Shown: positions 46,273 through 56,120 of the stretch, one piece after another | Numbering within the stretch: position 1 is the first letter of the stretch | How the letters are laid out: every line of letters starts with the position of its first letter | DNA from: Epithemia pelagica | Lineage: Eukaryota > Protista > Bacillariophyta | Direction: 5' to 3' | DNA: 64,000 nt | NCBI GenBank assembly: GCA_946965045.2 | Contig: OX337232.1 | Coordinates: forward strand, 1,364,001-1,428,000 | Program-made: the position numbers and the translations under genes | The notes under the pieces: model-generated | The model's database searches: none | The model's input: the letters and a program-made list of their open reading frames with translations, nothing else | Told to the model about the DNA's origin: nothing

Positions 46273-47924
46273 TTGGCCCCTTGGCCCTGTGTTTCATGCT
46301 GGTCCACATGGCCGGGGCGGGGGCCGGCGACGCGGGAATTGGGCGGCCGTTTCTGTTTTACGAGCCGCTCCGCAAATTCCCAGGCGTCTTGCGCGTCGGT
46401 GTCCGTCGAAAAGGACTGTATTTTTTCGATGTATTCTTCAATTGCCGGGAGCTGGGCGCTGTTGTGGTGGTGGACGAACGCTGTGATCTGGTGGAGCTCT
46501 TCGGACGTGTTTTGTGAAGGATTGTTTGTTGGGTTTTCGTTGTCTGGTTGGAGGAGGGGGTGGGATCTGTCTGATTCGGACATATTGTCCCATTCGTCTA
46601 AATCTTCTTCGTTCATCTCGACGTCGTTCGGGTTTCCTCCGTGATACCGGTCGGTCTCTTCGTTGTAAGAGTCTTCCGGTCGTTCCCCGAGGATGGAGTA
46701 TCTGTTCGTGGACGAAAGGGTGGAGAAAGTGTTTTGGCTGTCTGCTGTGACTTCGTAGTCTGCTGGTTGGTTGTATCTGGTGTCGATGAGGCGGGCGGCG
46801 GTTTCGGCTACCGTCGTCCAATTGGAGTTGTCGTCGTATGGGTCGCTGTCGTTTTCGTGGTCGTTGTTTGTTGGTGTATCGTTGGATGGTGCTGCACGCT
46901 TTCTCGGAGGAGGGGTTGTTGGTGTGGTGGATCTCGGCCGTGTGGGTGTTGTTGTTGTTGTAGTGCTGTCTCCGGTATGCTGGTTTCGTTGAGTGATTCG
47001 GCGGGTGAGATCGAGGAGCCGTGAAGTATGTGTGGCCTGTTGGTGTGTTTGATCGTTGTTGTTGTGTTCCTGGCCTGGGGCTGGTGGTGCCGCTGCTGCT
47101 GCCGCCATGGTGGGGCAAAGGATGTTTGTTGGAAACCCCGGGCAATTTCTAATGGTTGTTGCGTTCAGGTGGTGGGTGTCTGGTGTACGGAGCAGATGCA
47201 GGTAGTATGCAACTGGTTCCGGGTCGTGGTGGCAAAATTCAGGATAGGCTGCCTGGTAGTGTGGGATCTCGGTGAGTTGGTCCCATTCGTCCTCTGTGGC
47301 CAAGTCGTTCAGTGGGTGGAGGCGGATTCTGACACTTGCCCCGAAATGTTGGTCGAGGTCTTTGAGCGCCTCGAGGGTGGTGGTTCTGGTTTGTTGGTTC
47401 TACGGGATGGGAAGCACTTGCAATGCGTTTTCTCGCCAAGTGATTTCGTTTCCCTTGGCGGCCTGGTGGAAGGCGTTGTAGGCGCGGAGGAATATTTTGA
47501 AGTTGTGCCTCGATGACGCGGAGAAGTAGATGACTGGCACCTGGCCTCGTTGTTTGTTGCGAAGGTCTCCGCTAAAGGTGCCGTCTCTGCAGCCGAAATG
47601 TTGGCTAAAATCGTCGAACAATTGGAATTGGCTGGGGAGGTGGCCGAAGAGGTGATCGTGGATGGTGGTGGATAGGTCGAGGTATCCTCGGCAGTGTTTC
47701 ACTGCGATTGCCGGAATTCCTGCTATAATTCCTTGTGTCGTAGAGCTGCGGTTGTTGCATGCAGGGATGTAGATCTCTAACTCCCTAAAACGGGGGTTGA
47801 CGGTCGGGTTTGATTGCTGTGCTCCATGGCGTAAGATCCATTGCGCACCGTGTCCGTCGTTGCAAAAATCGTCGCGGTGGTGTTTGTGCCACATTTGTGT
47901 GGCGAATCGTAGGGCTTGTTCCAA
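46269..47924 (-). pseudogene. Retrotransposon ORF1, interrupted by a single in-frame TAG
   Basis: ORFs 47400..47924 and 46269..47303 are in the same frame, separated only by the TAG at 47400-47402 and 32 open codons. The final TGA overlaps the ORF2 ATG (ATGA at 46272-46269). The start is uncertain. Confidence 0.6.
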
Positions 47925-48145
47925 GTAATTCTCCGTATCGAAGGCGTCGTTTGCCGGTGCCGGGCGCAGGGTGAGGTGGAAGGACGAACTGTGGCCGCGT
48001 TGTCCTTTTATTATATATTATATTTTAGTCTGTGCGCCCCCCCAATTCTCAATGGTCAGTCATTTTACCCCGTCTTGCTGGTGATTAACTTCCGCAATTT
48101 ACGGTCGTAGTACGAATCGAAAATCGAAACAACAGCAGCAACCAA

Positions 48146-48221
48146 TACCCCCAAGCAGGGGTGAGAATCAGGTGGTCTGTCCGTCAGTCGTCAAGGAGAA
48201 ATCTATTCTCACCCCCATGGC
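48146..48221 (+). repeat. Left TIR of the AcademH-like element
   Basis: TACCCCCAAGCAGGGGTGAGAATC, then a 24-nt spacer, then AGGAGAAATCTATTCTCACCCCCATGGC. Confidence 0.95.
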
Positions 48222-48459
48222 GCGAGGGTCAAAATTTGGCGATTTCCCGAGGCTGATACAAAATCCATTGCACCTCAACGCATCCACCACGAGGCCAAAC
48301 GTGTGAGGTCCATTGCATCGGCCATTGACCTTTCTTCACCGCACCTTTTGTCCCAACCTTCTCCTCTCACTATTGGAAGGCCCTCCTCTGTCCCACTCCC
48401 GTCCAAACGTCGTCGTTACATCTTGAGAACCCCCAAACGCCAACCACATTTCCACCACC

Positions 48460-50508
48460 ATGAATGGAGATGATGACCAAGCCCATTACACCCAAGAACC
48501 ACCTTACCTCTCCTTCCGACCACCCACGAGAACATCTAGTACCCTCCCCAACCTGTCACCTGAGGAACAATCACTGGAAGAGGCCATCACACTTTCATTT
48601 AGTGATTGGCATGGGAAGACTGCGCGCCCCTGGCAAGTAAAAGCATGCAGAGAAGTCCTTCATCGCCATATTGACCATCCTTCCAATGGTATATTGCGTC
48701 CCCTTCTTCTCGTCCGATCCACTGGTGGCGGCAAATCGGCTGTGCGAGACGTCTCAGGCTTTCTTTGCGGCGGTATAACGTTGACAGTGGTCCCTCTTCT
48801 AAGCTTAGCAGCGGACCAAACGTTGAAATTGGAACAATTATCCATGGACATGCAACTGTTCAACCGCTTGCATGTCTTCAACCTTGACCTCGTCCGATCC
48901 TCTGCACTCAATGAACAGTTGCGCAAGAAGCTCGAGTCTCTACCCGCGGACGAGTCCTCCACCACAACCGTCTCTCTTTTCACCTCACCACAGAAAATAA
49001 CAACTGATCCTGATTGGCAAAAGACCATTGCCACTTGTTGCCAGAATGGAACCCTTCGCCTCCTTGCTGTCGATGAGTCTCACCTTTATGCATGTCACGG
49101 AATGGAGTTCCGAGAAGAATTTGGCCATCTTCGACGATGTCTTTTCCGCATCGCAGAAAAGCACAGTAAGCACCCCATCCCAGTGCTCTTTATGACTGCT
49201 ACTCCATCCATAGCGATGATCAATGATTTACAACAATTAACGGGTTTATCATTTCACCCACGAGACGATCTTGTTTGGCCATGCTCTCATTCCGGCGTCG
49301 AGCGTCGCAACATTTACCTTGAGCTGACGGTCAGGGACAAACCATTCCGACGCATCAAAGCAGACCTAACCAAAACATGCAAGAGGAAGGGAGGTCGCAA
49401 GATGATTGTATATTCCAATTCACGGAAGGCAATTATCAACTTGCATTCAAAGTGTCGCCAGCACTTGAACGTGTTGGGTATTCAGAAAGATCTGCTCCTT
49501 GTTCATGGGAACATGTTCAGGGAGCAGAAATTTCATCACACCGAACTGTTTTCAGGCCAGCCCCTATTGGACGAATGCCCTACAACCCGAATGGTCATGC
49601 GATTTGACCCTGTTGCCTACTTTGCTACTGCTGGAACAAGTAGTTCCGGATTGGATTGCGCAGAAGTGGATAAGGTAATTTTCCAGGGATTTCCTTCAAG
49701 TATAGAAGACCTTCTACAGTGCTCTGGACGCTGTGGCCGTAACGTCGACGCTCACCCCAGTACCTCTTCCTTCTGTGTAATCTTGTCTCTGAGCAGTCTC
49801 GTTGCATTAATGACTCGTATTTTTATCCTTCCCAAAATTGAGGAATCTCGAGCAACACAGGACATTGAGGGACAATCAGCCAACGATTCAATACAACAAG
49901 ACAACCGTACTACTGCTGCCCAAGCGACAACCCTTGGACGCACTGAATTGGCTGAGCGCCAGTGGAAGAATGTCGTGCAAGTTGCGTCTTTACTTTGTCT
50001 TGACAACGGCCGCTGTATACACATGCAATTGGAGGAACTAATGCTGCACCCCCATACCTCTACAATTTGTGACTTGCCCACGTCCTGTGGCAATGCATGT
50101 TGGCGCTGTTTGCCGTCTGCCGTATCCACGCCATTTGACGCACCCATTGACAAGGATCGATTCAAGGACTATTTGATTGCAATTTTCATTACTGAGAAGC
50201 TAGTTCCTTCCAAGCTTTCTCTTCATCGAGACTGCTTCTTGAACGAACTCCTTGGGTTTGAGACAATGGGACCGAATGGCAAGCCTGTTGCCATCTTCCA
50301 CAAAGCTGTGTTCGGTGTCAAGGCACAACAAACAGCTCGTCCACGTGCCAAAGCCTTGTTAGTGAAATGTTTTGCCGCTGGGATTTTGGAGCCAGAGGTG
50401 GATGGCTTCCAACTTCGAGTAAAACTTGGACACCGTCCCAATGGAAATCCTGTGCTCAATGACGACAAGGCGTGGGACGGGTTCAAATTGAAAAAATTTA
50501 GTACGTAA
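48460..50508 (+). CDS. RecQ-like SF2 helicase (transposon-encoded), 682 aa
   Basis: RPWQ, RSTGGGKS, VVPLLSLAADQ, FTSPQK, LAVDESH..GMEFR, LFMTAT, IVYSNS, SGLDCAEV, QCSGRCGR, and a Cys cluster CIH..C..CGNACWRC. Confidence 0.9.
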   Translation: MNGDDDQAHYTQEPPYLSFRPPTRTSSTLPNLSPEEQSLEEAITLSFSDWHGKTARPWQVKACREVLHRHIDHPSNGILRPLLLVRSTGGGKSAVRDVSGFLCGGITLTVVPLLSLAADQTLKLEQLSMDMQLFNRLHVFNLDLVRSSALNEQLRKKLESLPADESSTTTVSLFTSPQKITTDPDWQKTIATCCQNGTLRLLAVDESHLYACHGMEFREEFGHLRRCLFRIAEKHSKHPIPVLFMTATPSIAMINDLQQLTGLSFHPRDDLVWPCSHSGVERRNIYLELTVRDKPFRRIKADLTKTCKRKGGRKMIVYSNSRKAIINLHSKCRQHLNVLGIQKDLLLVHGNMFREQKFHHTELFSGQPLLDECPTTRMVMRFDPVAYFATAGTSSSGLDCAEVDKVIFQGFPSSIEDLLQCSGRCGRNVDAHPSTSSFCVILSLSSLVALMTRIFILPKIEESRATQDIEGQSANDSIQQDNRTTAAQATTLGRTELAERQWKNVVQVASLLCLDNGRCIHMQLEELMLHPHTSTICDLPTSCGNACWRCLPSAVSTPFDAPIDKDRFKDYLIAIFITEKLVPSKLSLHRDCFLNELLGFETMGPNGKPVAIFHKAVFGVKAQQTARPRAKALLVKCFAAGILEPEVDGFQLRVKLGHRPNGNPVLNDDKAWDGFKLKKFST

Positions 50509-50530
50509 TGAAATATTAAATGAATACTTA

Positions 50531-53500
50531 TCAATGATCCTTCTGACAGTCGAATTTGTATTTCTTAAAAATATTCACTGACCGATCCAATCGATTTCCA
50601 ACCAATGTTCCGCTGTCACTACGATTACTCCATCCAAGCCCTGGTCCCTCCTTTTCCATGTCTTCCAGTCTGGCAAAGAGCTTGTACCGTAGGAAATGGT
50701 GCTCCCTCTCTTTTCTAGCCGCTTCCCACTCTTTGCCAGCAATAACATTCTTTTCTCCCATCTCTTCAAGGGCAACTGATTCCAAGTCCTTTGTTGCAAG
50801 CACGTTCAGTTCCACTATCTTCATCCCCTTTACTCTCTTCTTCTCTTGTAGAAGGCGATTGTCTGGTGGCATTGCTGTTTCGTTTTCCTCCTCCTTCTCA
50901 TTTACCTTGCATTTCTTTCCATTAGACCCATCATCTTCCCCTTCATCCTCTCCGTCTCCTTCGTCTACATCCTCTTCTCCATCCAATGCTTCAGTCTCGT
51001 TTGCTTCGTCTGCAAGAAAGTCTTCTACCTGGGTTTCGTCGAATTGAGTCTCTGGCTCGTCCACCTCCCCTGAGTTCACTCTCGTTATTCCCCTCTCCCC
51101 TTCGTCCTCATTATCATGTTCATCTTCGTCAATGGTTACGTTTGTTTCATTCCCCTCAGCAAAAGCTTCGTCTTCAATATCAATGACTGCAACATCATCA
51201 TCACTAAAATATGAACGATCCCCTGTTGACCCCTCATCATCTTGTTCTTTCATTGCCTCCGCTAGGTCAATTTCAGTTGTGTCATCCTCTCCTCCATCTT
51301 CAGCCAAGGCACTTCCTTTGCTGTGCTGCGAATCATCGTCCCTGTCACGTGCAGTTCCTGATGCAGACTTGGATGGGATCATGTTACTCACTTTCACCAT
51401 TACAAATTCATGAGTTGCGTCGTTCTCTACCCTTCCATTTCCACAACGATGATGCTTCTTCTGCACTTGGAGTTGTGTGGAATCAAGTGCCCGCCAAAAC
51501 ACGTTCTTATCCACAACAACATTGCTCTCATTACGAACCTCATGGCACTTCGCCTTGAGCAAGACCTCTGTAACCAAAACACGGTTTAGGCGATTGTTCG
51601 GAATGGTAGTAGTCTTGTTGCTTTGACAGGGATCCACCACCTGGTCTTTCTCTTTTGCTTCCTCATCATCAACTATGCCGGCGGACTCCATGAAACGTTC
51701 TGCAAGCTCGTACTCTCCATCACCTCGACCTCGAGTGTAGAATTGAACAAATTGCTTGGCCCGTTGACAAGCTGTCAACATCTGGGACACTCTTACAAAC
51801 GAAGCCTCCGTTCCGTTGTGATTCATACTCTTGAAGAATGGCATTAGCCGTTCCATGATCTGGTCAAGAGCGCTTTCTTTGGGATAAAGGGTGTACTTGT
51901 TGCTGCGAGCTTTTTGATGCTTCGTCCGGTTGATCCGTATTTGTTGCAATATAGAAATGGGAATCCGGTTGTAATAGAGCTCCATCAACCTCAACTGCGT
52001 GTTGAAAGAGTTTGTCTTTTTTGTTGCATAGAAAATTGGCAGATACTCTACTACAGCAGATTCCATTGCCAGGGCATCGCCTTGTTGCTCACCTTGGAGG
52101 AATGTCATGTACTTTCGTACAATGAGGAGGAAATTGCACAGATACCGATGTAGCCAATCTCGACTCTCCCTCACTTGTTTGTTGAGATAAAGCAAGTACT
52201 CCTTCGCCAAGTACACAGCTAGCAGCTCTTGTTTATTATGGTGAACATATTCATCAACTTTCTCTTCGCTCACACACCGCAAAATGAACACGTCTAGCAT
52301 GATGCGATCAACTTCTTCATAGACTAAGATTGCGAGACGATGTGCAAGTCGGTAGCTCTTGGAGACATCACCACCATCAATTCGCTTCCATTTGAGTCTA
52401 TGTTGCATGCACTGCAGAAATCCACCGTAGAAGAGACGGTAGATTGCGTCCAACATGTGGAAACGAACGTGCAGATCGCCATTGATAGGCACCACACGAT
52501 GTAGTACTTGCGAGATAGTAATGGCTTGTCGATAGGCCGTACGGAATGACGCCACTTTCGCATCCGTTATAGCCATCACGTCATCAAAGAACTGGAACAT
52601 CCGATCGATGGAGAGGCCATCTCCAACAACAAACAACCATTTATCCTCCCACTTTTGACCGTGGCGGTATAACTCATTTGTCTCATCCCATTGCAGAAGG
52701 CCATGCAAAACCATAAAGTCTAGGATTATGCCTGCAGCGCCTGTTTTTGTTGTTTCGTCCAGCACCGAAACGGGAAGGATTAGCAACTCGGCAACTGGTG
52801 GCGTATGCCGCCAAGTATGGACAACACGGATGGGAAACTGCCGGGCAACTTCGAATATGTTTGATTCTCGGTTCTTACGGAGACCACGCAAAGCGCTAGC
52901 AATATTGGCTCTTGCATGGTTGAGGGAGAATTCTGGTGGCTGTAGAGTGTAATCTACCTTGTATCCAGGACGCCGCTTTGTTGACAAGAAACGTTTCAGG
53001 TGCTGTATCTCTCGACACCAAGCAATAATTTGTTGATATATCCTCACCCGTGTACCGGAACAATCAAAAGGATTACCAGATGGCTCGGAGTCAACAGGAA
53101 ACTGATGTCGGAAGATAGAGTTCAGCGTATCAACCAAGCCAAATTGCAGGTCAGATGATTCAAAGGCCGGCATCTGATAGGCGCCTGGTATAGCTTGTTG
53201 GATGTAAGTTAATTTAGGCCGTTCCAAAAATGTGTAGACCCAAGATGGAAAGCGAGCAATGTACATAGACATGACAAACCGAGCAGTGACTCTTGTGTAC
53301 ATCGAACTCTGGCCTTGTTGGAAGGCAAGACGACGACCATCCTGCAGATTATCAAACACGCACAATAAACTTGTCACGTTCCGGAGTGCTTGTCGTACCC
53401 TGGTGTCGTAGGATTGTAGCCAGGGTTCTACCCGTCGTTCCATGGTGCGTTTGGAAACAGCAAGACCTATCCAGACTGGAATTTGCGTAGCGAACAACGG

Positions 53501-55795
53501 ATGCCCGCATGCGTATTGTGCCAGTGCAAAAAGCATGCCAAAAGACACAAGCGCATGGTTGTTGTGTTTCCTTGCTCGAATGATGAACTGGAAAAACACA
53601 TCAAGACTAAATCTCTGGCGTAAGAAAGCCCGTTCCTTCGACGGTGCAAGCTCAACCTTCTTGGTGTATCCACTCAATGCCATGAGGGTATTGAACTGAT
53701 CCGGCAAGTATTTTTCAAAATCTGTGACCATCTCTCTGGTCTCATGTTCCGACAGGAACTTTTCAAAAATGTTGTTAAAACGCCCAAAACATTCCTCCAT
53801 GCGATCCCAGAGACGACGATCGATATGTTCACAGAACTTCTTCACTTGTTCGCTACCATCAATGATAGGAGGAGGTGGTTCATCTGCCTTCAGACGGGCA
53901 TCGTGTAGCTGGGCTAAAACAGTGTTGTGTTTCTCATTTGCTTCGGCATGCATCTGCTTGATTTGTAGTCGCTCCCATACACTCTTAAGTTCGGCGAGCA
54001 TGAACCGGTCACCTGGGGTTTCCTGTATGAGGCGATGGAGAAGGGTGAGCCGTTCTCCGCCGTCTTCTTTCACTCGCTTGAATATGTGAGACCAAGTTCG
54101 TTCGGGATGATAATCCGCCTGAACAAAAACACCCTGAGGGTAGTTGAAAATTTTGAACCAAGTAAGACACTCTCCAATACAGTCGGTCGGCGGCGTTGTG
54201 AATTGACAGTTGTCGGAGGAGAAGATTGGGAATTTGAAATGCGTCCCATATTGGAGGTGTTCATTCATGGCGTCAACAATATGTTTGTAAAGTTGCGCAT
54301 CAGTAACATGTCGGAGGTCGGGGTTTTTCAAGACCCAGCCAGTAAGTTGGTGGTAGGAGCGACCTTCGAATAGAACGGACGGAACGTAGTTGGATTGTGA
54401 CGTATCTCGCAAAACTTTACTCCACTTCTTGGCGTACCGAGGGGGGAGAATTGCGGCGTTGAAAAACAACGCAACAGGAGTGCCAATCTTGAGGAACCAA
54501 AAGTCTTCAAGTAACATTGTGCGCAACCCAAAGGATGTTACCATTTGGACCGATGAAGGAAAAGACTGCTCATCCTCCGCTGTGTCCTCAGTGTCAACTG
54601 TGTCGCTTGAACCAACGTGTTTACGCTTGTTGGAGGTTTTGTTATACCGACGTTGTTTAGTGATCCCTGCGGACGATCTCGTCACACCCATTGTGTAGTT
54701 TTTTGCCTTTCGCATCAAGGGGCCACAGTAGTTGGCTACCAACGACAGATTGCATCGCTTGTCTGGGGATGTGGCAACAACAATCATCGGAGGGTGGTTC
54801 TTCGTCGAGTCTCCTGGATTGTTACATTTTAGGGAAGGCTGTCGTCGCAAAGGAAAAAGGAAGGAACCATCTTGAATCTTCTTAATTTGCACTTTCAAGT
54901 TTGGATACTGGACTTGAGGTTGCAAGATGGTGGACGGATTTCCTCTACGAACCAGACCAGAACCAAGGCGCTCAAGAGATTCTGTGGATTGCGTGTTGTC
55001 CGTGGTGTCGGTAGTGTTCGGGCCTGTAGTAGACGGTGAAGGGGCAACAGCGCCAGTTACAGGGACGGTACCGGGTGGAGGGGCAACAGCTGTAGGGACG
55101 GTATCATTTGTTGCAGTAGGGTGGTCAGCATCGTCGTCGTTGTTGCTTTGGTTGACGGGACGCTGGGCATTCTTGTCAGGGGAAGGGTCCTTGGAAGCCT
55201 CGATCGCGCGCAAAAGGTTCGACGATTTTGGTGGTGACGATTGGGTGCCAAATTCGACCAATCCAATGGAGTTACAACGGTGATAAAGGTTAAAAGAGGA
55301 GGACGACAGACGTGATTTTTGAGACGGTGCGTTCGACGCATCGGCACCATTGGAACCTGGTTCGGTAACGCCTCCTGGTATGGTAGAGACGGGAGGAGGG
55401 AGCGCGTTGAAGCGAGGGGTTCTTGTGCTGGATGGGCCGCTCGAGATGGAACTTGTAGCAGTAGCACTATCCAAAAACGTTGCTGGTTCGGGACGAGTGT
55501 AGTTTGGATCGTTGCGGCTGTTCGGCAAACGAGAGGCTTGAGGTGTCTGGTAGGGATGAACAGCAAGGGACAACGGAACTGGATTGGTGCTTTGGATGGA
55601 AGAAGGATTGTCTTGTGTTGCTGATTCGTTCGGTGTGGTTTTGGCGATGCTGTTGTTGTCGCCTTGATTGGTCAATGATGATGCATCCGATGAGACACTG
55701 TGACTTGCAAAAGCCGCCCTGACTTCCCGTTGAGAAAGACGACGACGTTTGTGTGAACAATCGGATGACATGAATATGATATCCAACCACCGCAC
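50531..55795 (-). CDS. Putative Academ-type (DUF6589-like) DDE transposase, 1,754 aa, with disordered N-terminus and acidic C-terminus
   Basis: LCVFDNLQ, LPVSVLDETT, VVGDGLSIDRM, NGDLHVRFHMLDAIYRLFYG, ALDQIMERL. It lies between the TIRs. NLS-like HKRRR near the start. Confidence 0.75.
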   Translation of the reverse strand: MRWLDIIFMSSDCSHKRRRLSQREVRAAFASHSVSSDASSLTNQGDNNSIAKTTPNESATQDNPSSIQSTNPVPLSLAVHPYQTPQASRLPNSRNDPNYTRPEPATFLDSATATSSISSGPSSTRTPRFNALPPPVSTIPGGVTEPGSNGADASNAPSQKSRLSSSSFNLYHRCNSIGLVEFGTQSSPPKSSNLLRAIEASKDPSPDKNAQRPVNQSNNDDDADHPTATNDTVPTAVAPPPGTVPVTGAVAPSPSTTGPNTTDTTDNTQSTESLERLGSGLVRRGNPSTILQPQVQYPNLKVQIKKIQDGSFLFPLRRQPSLKCNNPGDSTKNHPPMIVVATSPDKRCNLSLVANYCGPLMRKAKNYTMGVTRSSAGITKQRRYNKTSNKRKHVGSSDTVDTEDTAEDEQSFPSSVQMVTSFGLRTMLLEDFWFLKIGTPVALFFNAAILPPRYAKKWSKVLRDTSQSNYVPSVLFEGRSYHQLTGWVLKNPDLRHVTDAQLYKHIVDAMNEHLQYGTHFKFPIFSSDNCQFTTPPTDCIGECLTWFKIFNYPQGVFVQADYHPERTWSHIFKRVKEDGGERLTLLHRLIQETPGDRFMLAELKSVWERLQIKQMHAEANEKHNTVLAQLHDARLKADEPPPPIIDGSEQVKKFCEHIDRRLWDRMEECFGRFNNIFEKFLSEHETREMVTDFEKYLPDQFNTLMALSGYTKKVELAPSKERAFLRQRFSLDVFFQFIIRARKHNNHALVSFGMLFALAQYACGHPLFATQIPVWIGLAVSKRTMERRVEPWLQSYDTRVRQALRNVTSLLCVFDNLQDGRRLAFQQGQSSMYTRVTARFVMSMYIARFPSWVYTFLERPKLTYIQQAIPGAYQMPAFESSDLQFGLVDTLNSIFRHQFPVDSEPSGNPFDCSGTRVRIYQQIIAWCREIQHLKRFLSTKRRPGYKVDYTLQPPEFSLNHARANIASALRGLRKNRESNIFEVARQFPIRVVHTWRHTPPVAELLILPVSVLDETTKTGAAGIILDFMVLHGLLQWDETNELYRHGQKWEDKWLFVVGDGLSIDRMFQFFDDVMAITDAKVASFRTAYRQAITISQVLHRVVPINGDLHVRFHMLDAIYRLFYGGFLQCMQHRLKWKRIDGGDVSKSYRLAHRLAILVYEEVDRIMLDVFILRCVSEEKVDEYVHHNKQELLAVYLAKEYLLYLNKQVRESRDWLHRYLCNFLLIVRKYMTFLQGEQQGDALAMESAVVEYLPIFYATKKTNSFNTQLRLMELYYNRIPISILQQIRINRTKHQKARSNKYTLYPKESALDQIMERLMPFFKSMNHNGTEASFVRVSQMLTACQRAKQFVQFYTRGRGDGEYELAERFMESAGIVDDEEAKEKDQVVDPCQSNKTTTIPNNRLNRVLVTEVLLKAKCHEVRNESNVVVDKNVFWRALDSTQLQVQKKHHRCGNGRVENDATHEFVMVKVSNMIPSKSASGTARDRDDDSQHSKGSALAEDGGEDDTTEIDLAEAMKEQDDEGSTGDRSYFSDDDVAVIDIEDEAFAEGNETNVTIDEDEHDNEDEGERGITRVNSGEVDEPETQFDETQVEDFLADEANETEALDGEEDVDEGDGEDEGEDDGSNGKKCKVNEKEEENETAMPPDNRLLQEKKRVKGMKIVELNVLATKDLESVALEEMGEKNVIAGKEWEAARKEREHHFLRYKLFARLEDMEKEGPGLGWSNRSDSGTLVGNRLDRSVNIFKKYKFDCQKDH

Positions 55796-55874
55796 CTCCT
55801 CCGTCGTGGTGGATGCGGGGTGGATGAATGTGGTATTTGGAATTTTGTATCAGCCTCGAGAGCTGGGTGGACGA

Positions 55875-55950
55875 GCCATGGGGGTGAGAATAGATTTCTC
55901 CTCATAGTACGACTCACGCGCGACCAGATTCTCACCCCTGCTTGGGGGTA
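55875..55950 (-). repeat. Right TIR of the AcademH-like element
   Basis: Exact reverse complement of both left-TIR blocks (55927-55950 and 55875-55902), with a different 24-nt spacer (55903-55926). Confidence 0.95.
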
Positions 55951-56120
55951 AGCAACCAACAACAGCAACAAACAACAACAGCAACAAACAACATCAGCTG
56001 CCATCGCGCCGCCCAGTCGTCTCCGATTGATGTTAATCAGAATCAAAGACCAGCTGAACAGTTGAATCCAAACTGACAACACGCAACAGACTACATACTC
56101 ATACAACAACAACAATAGAA

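Larger units (their letters stand above)
42397..48004 (-). mobile_element. Near full-length CRE/SLACS-clade non-LTR retrotransposon (two ORFs, RT plus RLE), about 5.6 kb
   Basis: RT and RLE motifs in ORF2 and a strongly A/C-skewed coding strand. Candidate 8-bp TSD CTTTTATT at 42389-42396 and 48005-48012. Confidence 0.8.
48146..55950. mobile_element. Complete AcademH-like DNA transposon (helicase plus transposase), 7,805 bp
   Basis: 76-bp bipartite TIRs (48146-48221 and 55875-55950). Perfect 9-bp TSD AGCAACCAA (48137-48145 and 55951-55959). Two intact convergent ORFs. Confidence 0.9.

Noticed and set aside
43749-47516. Many long + strand ORFs (V/G/W/C-rich) over the retrotransposon, and similar ones at 57914-59617
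   Set aside because: They are antisense shadows of an A/C-skewed coding strand and carry no motifs.
47930-48004. HDV-like ribozyme at the retrotransposon 5' end
   Set aside because: I could not build the nested double pseudoknot by eye; it would need a covariance or descriptor search.
48460-50508. Host RecQ/BLM/WRN DNA-repair gene
   Set aside because: It lacks introns and an obvious HRDC domain, and lies inside TIRs with a TSD, so it is treated as transposon-encoded.
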